Assembly: GCA_963715635.1 (NCBI GenBank)
Contig: OY970261.1
Span: 1,994,471 to 2,058,470, forward strand
Direction: 5' to 3'
From: Candidatus Aminicenantes bacterium
Lineage (GTDB): Bacteria > Acidobacteriota > Aminicenantia > Aminicenantales > UBA4085
DNA length: 64,000 bases
How positions within the stretch are numbered: position 1 is the stretch's first letter; every line of letters starts with the position of its first letter. Below are positions 30,742 through 40,128 of the stretch, piece after piece. The notes below the pieces were generated by a model that worked only from the letters and a program-made list of their open reading frames with translations, did not search any database and was not told where the DNA came from. The position numbers and the translations under genes are program-made.

Positions 30742-32553
30742 TCAGCTTCGAATTTTAATAGGAATGACGGCCATCCCTTTAAATATATAAGCAATCGGCA
30801 GCTGATATTCCATGAGCGTCGAATTGGTGAGTTCGGTGGGAGAGGATGTCGCCGCCCTCGGAGAGGCAAACATGAATTTCATAGACGGCGGCAGGTTGGG
30901 CAGCTCCTCGCCCTTGAGAAAAAGCCCCGGCTTGGAGGCGATAATTTTGAAATAAATCCGGCTGTTCTTCCGCAGATTGTTCAGGATCCGTACCAGCTGG
31001 CTGAGGTTTCTCGGGACAAAACCCGCGGTTCGGTACTGGCTCGTTTCAATCTGGTGCATGGATGCGGCATCGGCCACGACCAGCTGGAATTCCGACCCCG
31101 CCGGCAGGTGCGGCGTGAGGACTCCGACTTCTTCGACGAGGCTCTCTCCCCGGAACGAGCGATAGTACACTTTGATGTCGATGCTCTCCCCGGGTGACGC
31201 TTCATATTTGTCCAGCCACACCCTTTCCAGGGTGGCAAATTTCGGCTGCTCCAAGGCCTTGATGTTCAGGTCGATCCTGAAGATGCCGACGTCTTTAAAT
31301 TCATTGTTGATCAGCAAATAGACTACGGCCGTTAAAAGCCCGGATAGGTCCTGAGCGGACGCGTCAAAATTCCCCGAATACAAATCCTCCAAATGAACGC
31401 TCTGGTTGTTGTCTAAGTAAATCGTCCCGTCCAGCTCGAGCGACAGGTCTCCTGAGGAGCGGCCTTCGCTGCTCAGGAGGGAGGCGACCGAAAGATTGGT
31501 CAGAAGAGGGCTCAAGATCTTATCGTTGATGACATTGAACGTGTATTCCTTGACGTCCGGGCCCTCGCGGGCCAGTTTGACGTTGACAGGGATCATCCGG
31601 GGCATTTTGCCGATCTCTCCCAGAGCGCCCGAGCTGCGGTCCTGGGTGAACGACCCGACCAAATTTCCGGTGGCCGCCAGCTTGAAAGAGCTATCCAGGG
31701 CGGGGACAATGGTCAGGATTTTCGCCTTGGCCATGCCATACTCCACCGGACCCAGGTTGTACATGGGATGGCCAAAGGCCAGAATCTTGTTTCCGTCAAC
31801 ATAAGTAACCGTTCCGACGGCAGACATATCTAAATCGCCGGTGATGAGCTGGATGGCCACAGGGTCACCTTCCTTGAGGCTCAGGTCCGGGGAAGACAAT
31901 TTCTCGATCGACTGTCCGCTGCTCCCGGATAGAACAGGAAAAAAGCCCATTCGTGAAAAAAACGGCCTTGCTTTTTCGATGACGCGCGAGGAAAACCCGC
32001 CAAAAAGAAGAGGGATCTTAAGGAAGCGGCAGGTCTGGCCGTTGGCGATGAAGTCCTGCTGCGGGGCAAAGCCGCCCTGCCAGGCCTCGAATAGGTCTTC
32101 TAAACGGAGCGATGGCGTCAAGGATATTCTGGACGATGGAAATAAAGACGGCTTCGTTCTATCCGTGGAGATGGCCAGCATTTCCCCAATTGGGGTGATC
32201 CCGGCAATCGCCTCCTTCGCGTAGGGGAAACTGAAGGCGACCGCGCCGATGAGCTTCCCCCCGATATAGACCGGGCTTCCGCTCATCCCGGCGACGACGC
32301 CGTTCGTTTCCAGATTCTTCCCCCGGAGCTTGGCCAGGATGACATTCCTCTTGGGCTGGTAGTTGTAGAGAACGCCCAGGATGTCGACGTCGAACTCTTC
32401 GATTTTGTTCTCTTCAAAAACAGTCCGGCCTTTTCCCTTTTGTCCGGCCTTGATCTGGTCCAAAGGCAGGATGTCGGTGAGGGCGGCGGCCAAGGAGGAC
32501 GACAGTGCGGCCAGCAGGACCGCGGCCAAAATTCGCCGGCAATGTTTTTTCAA
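30742..32553 (-). CDS. SpoIVB-like peptidase S55 domain protein
   Basis: GVVAGMSGSPVYIGGKLIGAVA; ITPIGEM; AVGTVTY..ILAFGHP. Confidence 0.85.
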   Translation of the reverse strand: MKKHCRRILAAVLLAALSSSLAAALTDILPLDQIKAGQKGKGRTVFEENKIEEFDVDILGVLYNYQPKRNVILAKLRGKNLETNGVVAGMSGSPVYIGGKLIGAVAFSFPYAKEAIAGITPIGEMLAISTDRTKPSLFPSSRISLTPSLRLEDLFEAWQGGFAPQQDFIANGQTCRFLKIPLLFGGFSSRVIEKARPFFSRMGFFPVLSGSSGQSIEKLSSPDLSLKEGDPVAIQLITGDLDMSAVGTVTYVDGNKILAFGHPMYNLGPVEYGMAKAKILTIVPALDSSFKLAATGNLVGSFTQDRSSGALGEIGKMPRMIPVNVKLAREGPDVKEYTFNVINDKILSPLLTNLSVASLLSSEGRSSGDLSLELDGTIYLDNNQSVHLEDLYSGNFDASAQDLSGLLTAVVYLLINNEFKDVGIFRIDLNIKALEQPKFATLERVWLDKYEASPGESIDIKVYYRSFRGESLVEEVGVLTPHLPAGSEFQLVVADAASMHQIETSQYRTAGFVPRNLSQLVRILNNLRKNSRIYFKIIASKPGLFLKGEELPNLPPSMKFMFASPRAATSSPTELTNSTLMEYQLPIAYIFKGMAVIPIKIRS

Positions 32554-32559
32554 GGGTGA

Positions 32560-33744
32560 TTAGGGAATGATGCCCAAGGCCTTTCCGCTCTTCCTGAAGC
32601 AATCGAGGACATAATCCAATTCTTCATCCGAATGTGTCGCCGAATAGCTCGTCCGGATTAGAGACTGTCCCACCGGCACGGCGGGATAAATCACGGGATT
32701 GGCAAAAATCCCGTGCTCTCTCAAGGACTTCCACAGCATGAACGCCTTCTCATCATCGAAGATCATCAGAGGAATAATCGGCGTGACGCTCGGGCCGGTA
32801 TTATAGCCCATGGCCTGGAAAGAGGATTTCATCTTGTCCGTGATCTCCCACAGCCGCGCCCTTCGGCCCGGCTCCGTCTCGATGATATCCAGCGTGGCCA
32901 GCACGGTCGCCACCGAAGCGGGGGTGATACTGGCACTGAAGATCAGGGCCCGGGCAAAATGCTTGATGTAGGAGACGACCTTTTTATTCCCGGCGACAAA
33001 CCCGCCCAGCGAGGCGAATGATTTGCTGAACGTCCCCATAACCACATCGACATCGTTTTCCAACCCGAAGTGCTCGCTGGTGCCACGGCCGTTCGTCCCC
33101 ATGACGCCGAGGCCGTGGGCGTCGTCCACCATGATCCGGCTATGATACTTCTTGGCTAGCTTGACGATCCCGGGCAGGTCGGCGACATCCCCTTCCATGC
33201 TGAACACGCCGTCGACGACGATCAGCTTTCCCTGGCTGGGATTCAGGGAGGCCAGGATCCTCTCCAGGTCCGCCATATCGTTGTGCTTGAATTTGTAGAC
33301 ATCCCCGAACGACAGCCGGCAGGCGTCGACGATACTGGCATGGTCCATCCTGTCCGTGAGGACGGCATCGCCCTTTCCGATCAACGTGGAAATGATACCC
33401 TGGTTTGTCTGAAAACCGGTGCTGAAGGTCAGCGCGGCTTCTTTTTTCATGAAGGCGGCCAGCCGGTTTTCGAGTTCGACGTGGATATCCAGCGTTCCGT
33501 TGAGAAAACGAGAGCCGCAGGTGGCGACTCCGTAGCGGTCGATTGCGGCCTGGGCCGCCTGTTTGACCTTGGGATGGTCGAGCAGTCCCAGATAGTTATT
33601 CGAACCGACCATGATCATATCTTTATTCCGAACCTTGACCTTGTTGCCCCAGACTTCTTGGATCGGTGTAAAATACGGATAGAGGTCGGCCTCCATCGCT
33701 TCCTCGGCCCGCGTGAACGTATTACACTTATCAAAAAGGTCCAT
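32560..33744 (-). CDS. spt: alpha-oxoamine synthase, serine palmitoyltransferase-like
   Basis: LYPYFTPI, MVGSNNYLGL, GSRFLNGTLDIH, DHASI, DGVFSMEGD, DDAHG, GTFSKS (PLP Lys), IFSAS; start MDLFDK with AGGAGG RBS. Confidence 0.7.
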   Translation of the reverse strand: MDLFDKCNTFTRAEEAMEADLYPYFTPIQEVWGNKVKVRNKDMIMVGSNNYLGLLDHPKVKQAAQAAIDRYGVATCGSRFLNGTLDIHVELENRLAAFMKKEAALTFSTGFQTNQGIISTLIGKGDAVLTDRMDHASIVDACRLSFGDVYKFKHNDMADLERILASLNPSQGKLIVVDGVFSMEGDVADLPGIVKLAKKYHSRIMVDDAHGLGVMGTNGRGTSEHFGLENDVDVVMGTFSKSFASLGGFVAGNKKVVSYIKHFARALIFSASITPASVATVLATLDIIETEPGRRARLWEITDKMKSSFQAMGYNTGPSVTPIIPLMIFDDEKAFMLWKSLREHGIFANPVIYPAVPVGQSLIRTSYSATHSDEELDYVLDCFRKSGKALGIIP

Positions 33745-33795
33745 GCACGCCTCCTGCGTGATTAATTTTTGTCCAACCCGGCCTTCGTTCTCCGT

Positions 33796-33824
33796 TTGAC
33801 CGCTCTGTGCAATTTTCATACAAT
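33796..33824 (+). promoter_or_regulatory. sigma70-like promoter
   Basis: TTGACC-17 bp-TACAAT, 9 nt upstream of ATG 33834. Confidence 0.55.
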
Positions 33825-33833
33825 GAGGAATCC

Positions 33834-34802
33834 ATGAAAGTCCTCGTTACCGGCGGCACGGGATTTATCGGAAGCCATTTGGTTGAATACTTATCCGCCC
33901 GGGACGTCGAAATCTTCGCCCTTGTCCGCGACCCGAGCCGTCTCAAGTTCTTAAAAGGACTCACGATCCAAATTCTCCACGGAGACCTTTTCTCCATTCC
34001 GGATCTTCCGTCTGGCCTGGATTGTGTCTTCCACCTCGCGGGAATGACAAATGCGATTAAATCGGCTGACTATTATACTGTAAACCAGCGGGGGACGGCA
34101 AGTTTTTTTGAGGCCCTGAGACGCCAGAGGCTTTCTCCGAAAATCATCCACCTGTCGAGCCTGGCCGCTTGCGGTCCGTCCATCGACGGCCGCGGCCGCC
34201 AAGAAAACGATTCCCCGGCACCCGTTTCCCATTATGGAAAGAGCAAGCTTCTCGGGGAGGAAGCAGCGCTGGCTTTAAAAGACCATTGGCCCGTGGTCAT
34301 CATTCGGGTCGGCGTCGTCTTCGGCCCCAGGGATGATGATTTTCTGAAATACTTTAAGCCCCTCCGGCAGGGAATTCTTTTATCCCTCGGGCTGAAATCG
34401 CGGTGGATGAGCATCTGTTATGTCAAAGACCTGGTCCGGGCGCTCGATCTGGCCGCCCGGCAGACGCTGCCCAGCGGGACGATCATCAACATCGGAGATC
34501 CGGTCCCCTACCGCTTCGAAGATGTCGGGAGGGTGGCCGGGCAAATATTGGGGAAAAAGTTGAGAAAGATCACCATCCCCTTGCCGGCAGTCTATCTGGC
34601 CGCCCTGGCTTCTGATCTCTGCACGGCGTTCACCGGCCGTCCGAGCATCATCACCCGAAAAAAGTTCCCCGAACTGAAACAGGCGGGATGGACGGCCGAT
34701 GTCCGAAAATCGCGGGAAGTGATCGGCTTCCAAACCCGCTATTCTTTAGAGGAAGCCCTACGCGAAACGATCAGCTGGTACCAGGCAAACGGCCAACTCT
34801 AA
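33834..34802 (+). CDS. NAD-dependent epimerase/dehydratase (extended SDR), CerR-like candidate
   Basis: MKVLVTGGTGFIG, FHLAG, HLSSLAA, YGKSK, VFGPRD. Confidence 0.82.
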   Translation: MKVLVTGGTGFIGSHLVEYLSARDVEIFALVRDPSRLKFLKGLTIQILHGDLFSIPDLPSGLDCVFHLAGMTNAIKSADYYTVNQRGTASFFEALRRQRLSPKIIHLSSLAACGPSIDGRGRQENDSPAPVSHYGKSKLLGEEAALALKDHWPVVIIRVGVVFGPRDDDFLKYFKPLRQGILLSLGLKSRWMSICYVKDLVRALDLAARQTLPSGTIINIGDPVPYRFEDVGRVAGQILGKKLRKITIPLPAVYLAALASDLCTAFTGRPSIITRKKFPELKQAGWTADVRKSREVIGFQTRYSLEEALRETISWYQANGQL

Positions 34803-35305
34803 GGCCGTTTCTTGACGGCCGTGATCCGCGTGTAATACGTGGCCGAAAACCTGAAGGAGCGTTTCAGACACCACCCCTCCTTCTTAGAACGAGCGAAATA
34901 CTTGACTTTTCCCTCGAGGGTATGGATCCCCCGCTTGGCCTTGGGGCTTACCGTGAAAGGGATGACCAGAGGCTTTTTCAGGTCAAGATATTCCTCCCCA
35001 TTCTCTTCCAAAACTTCGATATTCAGGTCAGATGCCGTGAAAAAGTTTTTGGGGAAGATGAGCTCTTCGCCGGGATCGAACTCGATAGTCAGAGAGGGCT
35101 GAGGGCTGATGCTGATGCCCTTCTCGACGCTGATTTTCAGGACCACTTTGCCTTCCTCGCCGCGAGCCGGCCGCAGCGGATTGATACTGCATTCAACCTT
35201 GAGCAGGTCCTCCTGTGAAAAAAGGTAGGCAAAAATTGGAAAAATGCACAGCCCGGCAAGGACCGATATGGAAATCGACAGAAAGAGCTTTTGCCGGCCT
35301 TTCAT
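34799..35305 (-). CDS. DsbD N-terminal-like (Ig-fold) exported protein
   Basis: N-terminal TM/signal; LEGKVKYFARSKKEGWC resembles the nDsbD Y-x-x-C...C segment with the first Cys lost. Confidence 0.55.
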   Translation of the reverse strand: MKGRQKLFLSISISVLAGLCIFPIFAYLFSQEDLLKVECSINPLRPARGEEGKVVLKISVEKGISISPQPSLTIEFDPGEELIFPKNFFTASDLNIEVLEENGEEYLDLKKPLVIPFTVSPKAKRGIHTLEGKVKYFARSKKEGWCLKRSFRFSATYYTRITAVKKRP

Positions 35306-35374
35306 CAAAGGCCAGTTTAATCACGGCGGCCGCTTTAAGTCAAGCAGAGATCGGACCGGACAAGAAGGAAGCAA

Positions 35375-35689
35375 ATATGTGATTTTAAAAAGGCGTCGGA
35401 ATCGCCCCTCGAGCCCCCATAGCGGAGGGGGGCCCCGGACACTCTTGGAGGAGGACCCTTTTGTAGGTTCCCCCTCCAACGGGCGGCGGGAATACCCGCC
35501 GGCCCTGCCACCCCTCCAAGGAACATCCTCCCATGGATTCATCGCCTAATGCTCTATGGAAGGATGGCAGCGAGCAAAGCGAGCGTTGGAAGGAAACCCT
35601 ACGCAAGGGTTTCCTTCCAAGAGTGTCCGACGGGACTGGTTCCCCAGGGGGCCGAGGGGCGATTCCGACGCCGATAGAAAATCACATAT
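35375..35689. repeat. 315-bp nested inverted-repeat element (REPIN/MITE-like or structured RNA)
   Basis: Terminal IR ATATGTGATTTT-N5-GGCGTCGGAATCGCCCCTCG / CGAGGGGCGATTCCGACGCC-N5-AAAATCACATAT; inner IR 35435-35481 vs 35584-35630, each itself a hairpin. Confidence 0.8.
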
Positions 35690-35768
35690 CCGGAGGTGCT
35701 TACGGTTGAGAAAAATGGCTTTATTTTTTTGAGCCTCTCGTTTATAATCCCCGGCTAAAGGCTATGGC

Positions 35769-36770
35769 ATGAGCGCAAGAGCCATCATCTCGGGAATCGG
35801 CCATTACGTCCCTCCTCAAGTCGTCACCAATTTCGACCTCGAAAAAATTATGAACACCTCCGACGAATGGATCCGGCAAAGATCCGGGATCATGGAACGC
35901 CATTATGCCGAGGCCGGAGTGGGCAGCTCCGACCTGGCCTATGAAGCGGCCCTGAAGGCCATCGAAAACGCCGGCATCGATAAGTCCGAGATCGATTTCA
36001 TCGTCGCCGCGACGCTGTCTCCCGACCACTACTTTCCCGGAATCGGGGTCATGATTCAGGCCAAGCTGGGCTTGCCCGGCATCGGCGCTCTGGATGTGCG
36101 GAACCAATGCAGCGGCTTTATTTACGCTCTCTCAGTCGCCGACCAGTATATCCGGACCGGGACTTACAAAAAAATCCTCCTGTGCGCCGCCGAGGTCCAT
36201 TCTCACAATCTGGATTACAGCGATGAGGGACGGGATATCGCCGTCCTCTTCGGGGACGGCGGGGCCGCCCTGATCCTCGAACCCCACCCGGCCGAGGACG
36301 GCCGGGGCATCCTGTCCACGCATTTGTACGCCGATGGACGGTTTGCCCAGGACCTCTGTATGGAAAACCCCAGCTCGAAGAAGAAACCGATATTCAGCCT
36401 GGAGATGTTCCAGCAGAAAAAATTCTACCCGCACATGGACGGGAAGAATGTATTTAAAAACGCCTCGGAGCGCATGCCCGAAGCCGTGGAAACGGCCCTC
36501 AAGTATAACCACCTGAAGATCAACGATGTCAACCTGCTCATCCCCCATCAGGCCAACGATCGCATCTCCCAGATGGTCGCCAGGAAGCTGCAGATTCCTA
36601 TCGAAAAAGTCGCCCGCAACATCGACCGCTACGGGAACACGACGGCCGCCTCGATTCCCATCGCCCTGGACGAAGCCGTCAAGAGCGGACGGGTGAAGAG
36701 GGGCGATATCGTCGTCTTGACAGCCTTCGGTTCCGGATACACGTGGGCATCGGCCGTGATTCGATGGTAG
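35769..36770 (+). CDS. fabH: 3-oxoacyl-ACP synthase III
   Basis: TSDEWIRQRSGI.ER, NQCSGF (Cys), LFGDGG, IPHQAN (His), YGNTTAASIP (Asn), FGSG.TW. Confidence 0.93.
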   Translation: MSARAIISGIGHYVPPQVVTNFDLEKIMNTSDEWIRQRSGIMERHYAEAGVGSSDLAYEAALKAIENAGIDKSEIDFIVAATLSPDHYFPGIGVMIQAKLGLPGIGALDVRNQCSGFIYALSVADQYIRTGTYKKILLCAAEVHSHNLDYSDEGRDIAVLFGDGGAALILEPHPAEDGRGILSTHLYADGRFAQDLCMENPSSKKKPIFSLEMFQQKKFYPHMDGKNVFKNASERMPEAVETALKYNHLKINDVNLLIPHQANDRISQMVARKLQIPIEKVARNIDRYGNTTAASIPIALDEAVKSGRVKRGDIVVLTAFGSGYTWASAVIRW

Positions 36771-36894
36771 GCGCGCCCATTTGCCTCGCAAGCGGCTTTT
36801 ATGCTAGGATTTTGAAGAGAGGTGAAATTGACATAAAGGGGAGAGAATTGGATTGAAAGATGCTTGAACATCCCAACGACAAGAGGAGGAGGTC

Positions 36895-38670
36895 ATGAGG
36901 AAAAGAATCATTCCCGTCCTTATCGGAGCTTTTATCTTCCTTGGGTTCGGCTGGCTCCTGTCCCAACAGAATCCGGAAGATACGAAATTTACCAAGACGA
37001 TGGAAGCGTATCTGGACGACTTTTGGAAGTTTTACCCGACGGCCGCGACCATGGCCGGCTATACCAAGTACAACGACAAACTAGAGGATTTTAGCGAGTC
37101 GGCCATTGAAAAACGGGGGACGGCACTGGACGGCTATAACAAAGACTTTGTCACCAAGATCAACAAAGACAAGCTCAGCCCGGACATCCAAATCGACCGG
37201 GATTTGCTCATGGACGCCATTGACCTGGAGCTGCTCCGGCTCGATAATCTCGTTCCCCAGCAATACAACCCGATCTTCTATAACGAGATCATTCTCCATA
37301 GCATCAGCAGCTTGCTTGTCAGAGAATTTGGGCCGATCGAAGCCCGGCTGAAGAGCGCGACCGAACGGGCGAGACAGCTGCCCGGCTTCCTGAAACAGAC
37401 CAGAGAGAATTTGAAGACGCCTCCCAAAGAATACACGGAAGCGGCGATCAAACAATTCCCGGCCATCGTGGACTTTTATAGAAATGGGGTTCCCAAGCTG
37501 ATCGAGAACGTGCAGGCCGATGTCAAAACGAAATTTCAGACCGAGCTGAACAAGGCCATTCCGGCGCTAGAAGATTACCAGAGGTATCTCCAGGGCGAGC
37601 TGTTGAATAAATCCACGGGAAATTTCCGCATCGGAGGGGATACTCATACCAAGCTCCTCCGCCTCACCTGCCAGGGCAATCTCATGTTCAATGACATCAA
37701 TGCCATCGCCAAGGCCGATTCCACCAACATCCGGAACGAAATGGGCCTCATCGCCATGCCCTTTTACAGAATTATGTATCCGAACCAAAACATGGAGCAG
37801 CTCTCGGTTGTCTATAAGGATAAAGTTGACGAGCTGAGAACGATATTCATCAGAGGCGTTTTGGATAAACTCAAGGGCGACCGCCCCACCAAGGAAAACT
37901 ATATCGACAAGATCAAAGCCGCGGCCGACGAGATTAAGACGTTTCTCACTCAGACCAAGATTCTCGACATTCCGGAAGAAAACCTCGCCGTTGTAGCCAT
38001 GCCGCCCACCTCCCGGGGCCAAATATGGGTCCGGCTCCTTTCGCCGTACCCTTATGAACCGTCGGGTCGTTATGCCGCTCAAATCGACCCCATCCCGGAC
38101 GATTGGTCCACGGACCAGGTCCAGGGTTTTCTGGAGGAATACAACAATTATTTGTTGCCCGTCTGGACGATCGAAAAAGTGTACCCCGGCCAGTTCTTTC
38201 CGCTTTCCTTCACGCGGAAAAACCCGTCGCTTTTGCGCAAACTCTACACCAATCAGCCCCTGATCAAGGGATGGGCCCTTTACGCGGAAGAGATGTTCAT
38301 CAATTCCGGGTTTGGCAACTACGATCTCAAGCTGCGTCTCAACCAGCTCAAAATGAAATTGAGGGCCGTCATCGATTTTCAGCTCGATATTAACATCCAC
38401 GGCGGCGGGTTGACGAAAGACCAAGCTATGAGGCTGATGACGATCTCCGGGTTTCAGACGCAGGCCGAGGCTGAGAGAAAATGGAACATGATCGTCCTCA
38501 ACCCGGGTGAAGCCGCCTATCCCTACATCGGCTACCAGGAGATCCTGGAGATGGAAAAGGATTACAAGAAGCTGAAGGGCGATGCCTTCAGCCAGAAGGA
38601 ATTCCTGCAGAAGCTGCTGAGCTTCGGGGCGATCCCCCCGCGCAATTTGAAGGCCAAGATTTCCCAATAG
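36895..38670 (+). CDS. DUF885 family exported protein
   Basis: YPTAATMAG, VYPGQ, KGWALYAE, LDINIH, PGEAAYPYIGYQEI, FLQKLLSFGAIP. Confidence 0.8.
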   Translation: MRKRIIPVLIGAFIFLGFGWLLSQQNPEDTKFTKTMEAYLDDFWKFYPTAATMAGYTKYNDKLEDFSESAIEKRGTALDGYNKDFVTKINKDKLSPDIQIDRDLLMDAIDLELLRLDNLVPQQYNPIFYNEIILHSISSLLVREFGPIEARLKSATERARQLPGFLKQTRENLKTPPKEYTEAAIKQFPAIVDFYRNGVPKLIENVQADVKTKFQTELNKAIPALEDYQRYLQGELLNKSTGNFRIGGDTHTKLLRLTCQGNLMFNDINAIAKADSTNIRNEMGLIAMPFYRIMYPNQNMEQLSVVYKDKVDELRTIFIRGVLDKLKGDRPTKENYIDKIKAAADEIKTFLTQTKILDIPEENLAVVAMPPTSRGQIWVRLLSPYPYEPSGRYAAQIDPIPDDWSTDQVQGFLEEYNNYLLPVWTIEKVYPGQFFPLSFTRKNPSLLRKLYTNQPLIKGWALYAEEMFINSGFGNYDLKLRLNQLKMKLRAVIDFQLDINIHGGGLTKDQAMRLMTISGFQTQAEAERKWNMIVLNPGEAAYPYIGYQEILEMEKDYKKLKGDAFSQKEFLQKLLSFGAIPPRNLKAKISQ

Positions 38671-38684
38671 TCCGGAAGACGGGC

Positions 38685-38734
38685 AATCCCCCTTCGATCC
38701 CTCTTCCCCTAAGGAGGACGAAGGGGGATTTTTT
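38685..38734 (+). terminator. intrinsic terminator
   Basis: AATCCCCCTTCG...CGAAGGGGGATT stem followed by T-run. Confidence 0.6.
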
Positions 38735-38743
38735 CGGCATTCC

Positions 38744-39598
38744 ATGAGTCCGAAAAATCAGGCACGGGGACCTCATTCAGAAACTGGGAACCAGCTTTCG
38801 AATTTTCATTTTGTCGATTCCCATGCCCACCTCGACATGGATGAGTTCGACCCGGACAGGGATGACGTCGTTCGCCGGGCTTATGAGGCGGGGATCCGGG
38901 CCATCCTCTGCCCCATGGATGTCACCAGCCTGAAAAGCATTCAAACGGCTCTCGAACTGGGCTCCCGTCATCCCTTCGTCTCTTTGGCAGCGGGCATTCA
39001 TCCACATCAAGCCAAACTGTTCAGCCCCGATTTTCTATCCAGGATCAAAGAATTCGCCCGGGCCAAAAACATCCTGGCCATCGGCGAGATCGGCCTCGAT
39101 TTTCATTATGATTTCTCCTCGCCGGACGAACAGCGAGCGGCCTTCCGGAGCCAATTGGCCTTGGCCAAGAATCTCCAGTTTCCGGCCATCATCCACAGCC
39201 GAAACGCAGGCCGAGAGATCGCCGAGACCGTCCAAAGGGAATATTTTTACGGCGGCGGCGTCCTGCACTGTTTTACGGAAGATTGGGAATTTGCCAAGAT
39301 CATGCTGGATTGGAATTTCTATATCTCCTTTTCCGGCATTCTGACCTTTCCCAACGCTCAACCGCTCAGAGACATCGCCCAAAAGCTTCCCCTGACAAGG
39401 ATCTTGATCGAAACCGACTCCCCTTATCTCGCTCCCGTTCCCTATCGGGGTGTCAAAAAACGAAACGAGCCGGCGTTCGTCATCGAGACGGCAAGAGTGC
39501 TGGCCGACCTCAAGAAAGTCTCTCTGGCGGAGATCGCCCAGGCTACGGCCAGGAATTTCTACAAGCTTTTTAAGATCCCCATCGCATCCCCATTTTGA
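38744..39598 (+). CDS. tatD: TatD family hydrolase/DNase
   Basis: VDSHAHL, GIHPH, IGEIGLD, IIHSR, VLHCF, LIETDSPYLAPVPYRG..NEP. Confidence 0.92.
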   Translation: MSPKNQARGPHSETGNQLSNFHFVDSHAHLDMDEFDPDRDDVVRRAYEAGIRAILCPMDVTSLKSIQTALELGSRHPFVSLAAGIHPHQAKLFSPDFLSRIKEFARAKNILAIGEIGLDFHYDFSSPDEQRAAFRSQLALAKNLQFPAIIHSRNAGREIAETVQREYFYGGGVLHCFTEDWEFAKIMLDWNFYISFSGILTFPNAQPLRDIAQKLPLTRILIETDSPYLAPVPYRGVKKRNEPAFVIETARVLADLKKVSLAEIAQATARNFYKLFKIPIASPF

Positions 39599-39627
39599 TT
39601 GAAAAATCACGGCTTCAATGCTAAGAT
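39599..39627 (+). promoter_or_regulatory. sigma70-like promoter (extended -10)
   Basis: TTGAAA-17 bp-(TGC)TAAGAT, 9 nt upstream of the yajQ ATG. Confidence 0.55.
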
Positions 39628-39636
39628 AAGCAGGCC

Positions 39637-40128
39637 ATGGCCGAAGACCATTCATTTGACATCGTTTCGAAAATCGATTTTCAAGAAGTCGCCAACGCCG
39701 TCCATACCACGTTGAAAGAAATCCGGAACCGTTTTGACTTCAAGCACAGCCGGGTCGATATCCTCCTGGAGAAAGAGACGCTGACGCTCGTGGCCGAGGA
39801 CGATTTCAAGCTCAAGGGTGTCAAGGATGTCCTCGAAGAAAAAATGGTCAAGCGGCGCATCCCTCTGAAGGCCGTCCTCTTCCAAAAAATCGAAGACGGG
39901 CCGAACCGGACCGTGAAACAGGAGGTCCATTTTCAGGTCGGCATTCCCCAGGACAAAGCCCGGGAAATCGTGAAGCTGATCAAACAGACCAAGTCCAAGG
40001 CCCAGGCCACCATCCAGAGCGATCATGTCCGGGTATCTTCGCCAAAAATCGATGTCCTTCAAGACATGATTGCCTTCCTCAAATCCCAGAATTTGGGAAT
40101 CCACATCCAATTCGACAATTACCGATGA
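39637..40128 (+). CDS. yajQ: YajQ family cyclic-di-GMP/nucleotide-binding protein
   Basis: SFDIVSKID.QEV.NAV, RFDFK, GIPQDKAREIVKLIK, VRVS..D.LQ, QFDNYR. Confidence 0.93.
   Translation: MAEDHSFDIVSKIDFQEVANAVHTTLKEIRNRFDFKHSRVDILLEKETLTLVAEDDFKLKGVKDVLEEKMVKRRIPLKAVLFQKIEDGPNRTVKQEVHFQVGIPQDKAREIVKLIKQTKSKAQATIQSDHVRVSSPKIDVLQDMIAFLKSQNLGIHIQFDNYR

Noticed and set aside
35321-35606. Short ORFs in the fabH upstream region; possible RNase P/tmRNA/riboswitch
   Set aside because: ORFs arise from the GC-rich palindrome; hallmark sequences of those RNAs not seen
37567-38745. 392-aa minus-strand ORF
   Set aside because: Antisense shadow of the DUF885 gene
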